From Mobula hypostoma (taxonomy: Eukaryota), in NCBI RefSeq assembly GCF_963921235.1, contig NC_086097.1, positions 233,370,001 through 233,434,000 of the forward strand: a stretch of 64,000 bases of DNA, written 5' to 3'. Below, piece after piece: positions 62,776 through 64,000 of this stretch. The number at the start of each line of letters is the position of its first letter. The stretch's first letter is position 1. Below the pieces are notes generated by a model. It was not told the DNA's origin. It did no database searches and was given only the letters and a program-made list of their open reading frames with translations. The position numbers were made by a program, and so were the translations under genes.

Positions 62776-63885
62776 TGTCTGACCCCAGGTTTTCCCACCA
62801 TATTAGGTGAATTGGACCCTGTATGGTGGGTGACTCAATCTGCCACTTAGGGGTATGGCCAGAGCATCGGGACAACTGCTGTTGCTATAGCAACTTGTAT
62901 TTCCAGTGTCCCATGGGTAGACTTTGGTCCATACATTTCTATTACCCTTTGGTGGTCACATGGCTATAAGCAGCAGGACCCTGGTAGACACTGGAGTTGA
63001 AGTTACCTTATTCACAGGGGAGCAAATGTGTATTCAGGGATATGGGGGTGGGGGAGTCTGTTATGGATGTTCTATGGACAAAGGACACCTTTCTATCAGT
63101 GAGGGACCTCCTTAGTCTGTCCCCGTACTCATCTCCCAGGTACCCAAAAACATTTTGGGAATTGGATCATTAACGGGAAGTTCTATCACTGCACACTTGT
63201 CAAATTTGCTTCTGGCCTTAGGAAGCCATCAATTCTGGTTGGAAAGGCAAAGGGGGAACTTGTCTTTATATTGTTACCTTTGCAAATAGTAATTGCTAAG
63301 CAATATCATATCCCAGGAGGGCATAGGGAAATTGATGAGACAGCTTAGTCCCTCCTAAACATTGGGGTTTTTCGTCTTTCCTCATCTGATTATAACAGCC
63401 TTGTTTAGCCAGTTCAGAAACCTGATGGTTCATGGCACATGACCATTGATTATCGCCGGTTAACTCGGTCTGCCCCTCCGCTAGCTACAGCTGTTCCAGA
63501 TGTTGTGACCCTTATTGAGGACCTTCCCAGCAGGACTGACCCTTATTGAGGACCTTTCTAGCAGTTATTATGCTGATATCAATTTGGCTAATGCTTTCTT
63601 CTCCATCCCTATTGCTAAGCAGATGCAAGATCATTTTGCCTTCAGTGCAACTCCACATGGCTTCCACAGGGATATATCCATAGTCCTACTATTTGCAATA
63701 GTGTGTTGGCACAAGATTTGTATCTTATCCTGAATGTGTCCTGTTCCCCAGCATTAAACTAGCTGATTACTGCATATAGATAGTTTACTATTGTGGTGAT
63801 CCTCGAAAGAGGAGCTTTCCAAAGGCCTTTATACTTTGATTGAACATGTGCAATTGAGGAGATGGAAAATTAACCCCGATCGTCG
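62776..63885 (+). mobile_element. Decayed class III (ERV-L/ERV-S-like) endogenous retrovirus: gag end, protease, RT
   Basis: PYISITLWWS, LVDTG, GYGG, VLISQVPKNILGI, ILVGKAK, KQYHIPGG, PVQKPDGSWHMTIDYRRL, AVPDVV, NLANAFFSIP, LPQGYIHSPTIC, WKINP; multiple stops and frameshifts. Confidence 0.85.
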
Positions 63886-64000
63886 TATGTTACCGTTACA
63901 GTTTACCATGCCAACATGGCAAGACGGAAGAGTTATATGTGTTCTTTACCCTCCAAACATTCAAGAAGTGGAATATGTAATATTAAATTTTATAAAACAT

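Noticed and set aside
1..64000. CRISPR array, retron, DGR or other prokaryotic RT-associated system
   Set aside because: No regularly spaced repeat-spacer array and no operon structure; every RT is assignable to a eukaryotic LINE or retroviral clade

Overview
Eukaryotic, AT-rich vertebrate DNA. The repeat families (HE1/V-type SINE-like pieces, CR1 LINEs with (TTTCTATG)n tails, Penelope-like pseudo-LTRs, Rex1/Babar) suggest a cartilaginous fish; this is inference. The window is intronic or intergenic and dominated by nested transposons: four young 5'-truncated CR1 copies, older CR1s retaining ORF1-esterase/APE remnants, Rex1/Babar, RTE, L1, a divergent CR1-like LINE group, Penelope-like fragments with minimal hammerhead ribozyme cores, Tc1, Tigger and hAT DNA transposons, a Gypsy remnant, a solo LTR and a decayed class III (ERV-L/ERV-S-like) retroviral pro-pol at the right edge. 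No host gene could be identified, only weak exon candidates near 33.6 kb and 46.2-46.8 kb. I found no intact novel multi-gene system. The most notable signals are the ERV-L-like provirus, a perfect 191-bp locally templated inverted insertion at a CR1 5' junction, a twin-priming-type inverted RTE insertion, hammerhead-bearing Penelope mini-insertions and several fully reconstructable nested insertions. All alignments were done by eye, and coordinates of old elements are approximate.
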